A stretch of 63,417 bases of DNA, from contig JARKSN010000151.1 in NCBI GenBank assembly GCA_029974275.1, forward strand, positions 1 to 63,417, given 5' to 3'. A program made the translations under genes and the position numbers. Under the pieces are notes generated by a model. That model did not search any database and was not told the origin of the DNA. It saw only the letters and a list, made by a program, of their open reading frames with translations. The stretch comes from Candidatus Hydrogenedentota bacterium. GTDB lineage: Bacteria; Hydrogenedentota; Hydrogenedentia; Hydrogenedentales; SLHB01. Below, one piece after another: positions 62,682 through 63,417 of the stretch; within the stretch, counting starts at the first letter, position 1, and the number at the start of each line of letters is the position of its first letter.

Positions 62682-63137
62682 ATGGAAGCCACGACGTCGG
62701 TGAGGCTGATATATGTCAGCCGCATGACCGAGGCATGCGACGTGACCGCAATCGAAGAGATACTGAACGTATCGAGAAAGAAGAACGCCGTGCGCCATAT
62801 CACCGGCATGCTCTGCTACGATCCGGCATTCTTCATGCAGTGTCTGGAAGGGCCTAAAGACGCCGTGAATGATCTGTACCGGGACATCGCGCGCGATTCC
62901 CGCCACACCAACGTCACGCTCCTCGCGTATCATGTCATCGAAGAACGCATGTTCGACGGCTGGTCCATGGCTTTCGTTCGCGCCAGCGATTTGGATGCGC
63001 AGACGCTTCGGAAATTCGGGCGCGGAAAGCTTGACCCCTTTGCCTTGAGCCCGGATCATGCCCGCGATCTGGTGATCGACATTTTCACGCAAAAGCGCGA
63101 GCAACTGCGCGACCAAATGGATAGTCGCGCCCCATAG
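62682..63137 (+). CDS. BLUF-domain blue-light photoreceptor (short, standalone)
   Basis: RLIYVS, IL..SR..N....ITGML, F.Q.LEG, LY..I..D.RH, R.F..WSM; Tyr/Gln/Asn/Trp/Met photoactive set present. Confidence 0.93.
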   Translation: MEATTSVRLIYVSRMTEACDVTAIEEILNVSRKKNAVRHITGMLCYDPAFFMQCLEGPKDAVNDLYRDIARDSRHTNVTLLAYHVIEERMFDGWSMAFVRASDLDAQTLRKFGRGKLDPFALSPDHARDLVIDIFTQKREQLRDQMDSRAP

Positions 63138-63417
63138 TCAGACCTCCCCGCCTGGAAATGCGCACTCAGCGATTCCCAGTTTCTGAATCATCCCATGGAT
63201 ATAGGCTCGGCGCAGTGCGGGACGGCTCCGAATGGCGCCAAGTTGATTGGGCGGTTGCTCTTGACGCCTTGTTCCTCGTGCGCGTGTGCGCAAGAAACTG
63301 GGGATGCTCTCCCGGCGAGTCTTCTCGCTTGTGCAGGCGATTTGTTTCCAAGTGTTTGCAGTGCAATGCGTTGCGATCCCTAATTATCCTGGGAGAAAAA
63401 CTGGGGATACGGCGGCA

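Overview
GC-rich bacterial chromosomal window made up mostly of housekeeping genes. Gene content and orphan lipoproteins suggest a diderm, probably anaerobic lineage such as Candidatus Hydrogenedentes; this is inference only. From left to right it contains: the end of an ISAs1-family IS, an elongator-type tRNA(CAT), a dGTPase/metallophosphoesterase/GspF-N-TPR fusion group, rlpA, a ~500-bp AT-rich island at an apparent GC-skew flip, cinA, terC, a promoter-to-terminator candidate sRNA, an 11-heme CbcL-like cytochrome c/b fusion, recG, serA, an orphan Vsr + C5-methyltransferase pair, icd, fabH, rpmG (missed by the ORF track), scpB, aroF, a six-gene uncharacterised sugar/polyol catabolic operon, trxB-tilS, the ctpA-rph-rdgB-tsaC-rpiB-hslU-pgeF run, an ArsR-permease-thioredoxin-ccdA operon, a run of hypothetical genes including a degenerate GH15-like protein, a TetR-RND efflux operon, a Phd/VapC toxin-antitoxin pair and a BLUF photoreceptor. 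The best candidates for undescribed biology are the candidate sRNA (about 8257-8454), the AT-rich skew-switch island (possible oriC), the polyol operon with its AroE-like and cupin-PGI genes, and the GspF-N/DUF6982-like/TPR fusion. All family calls come from motif recognition by eye, with no database search. Many start codons were re-chosen using RBS position or gene overlap.
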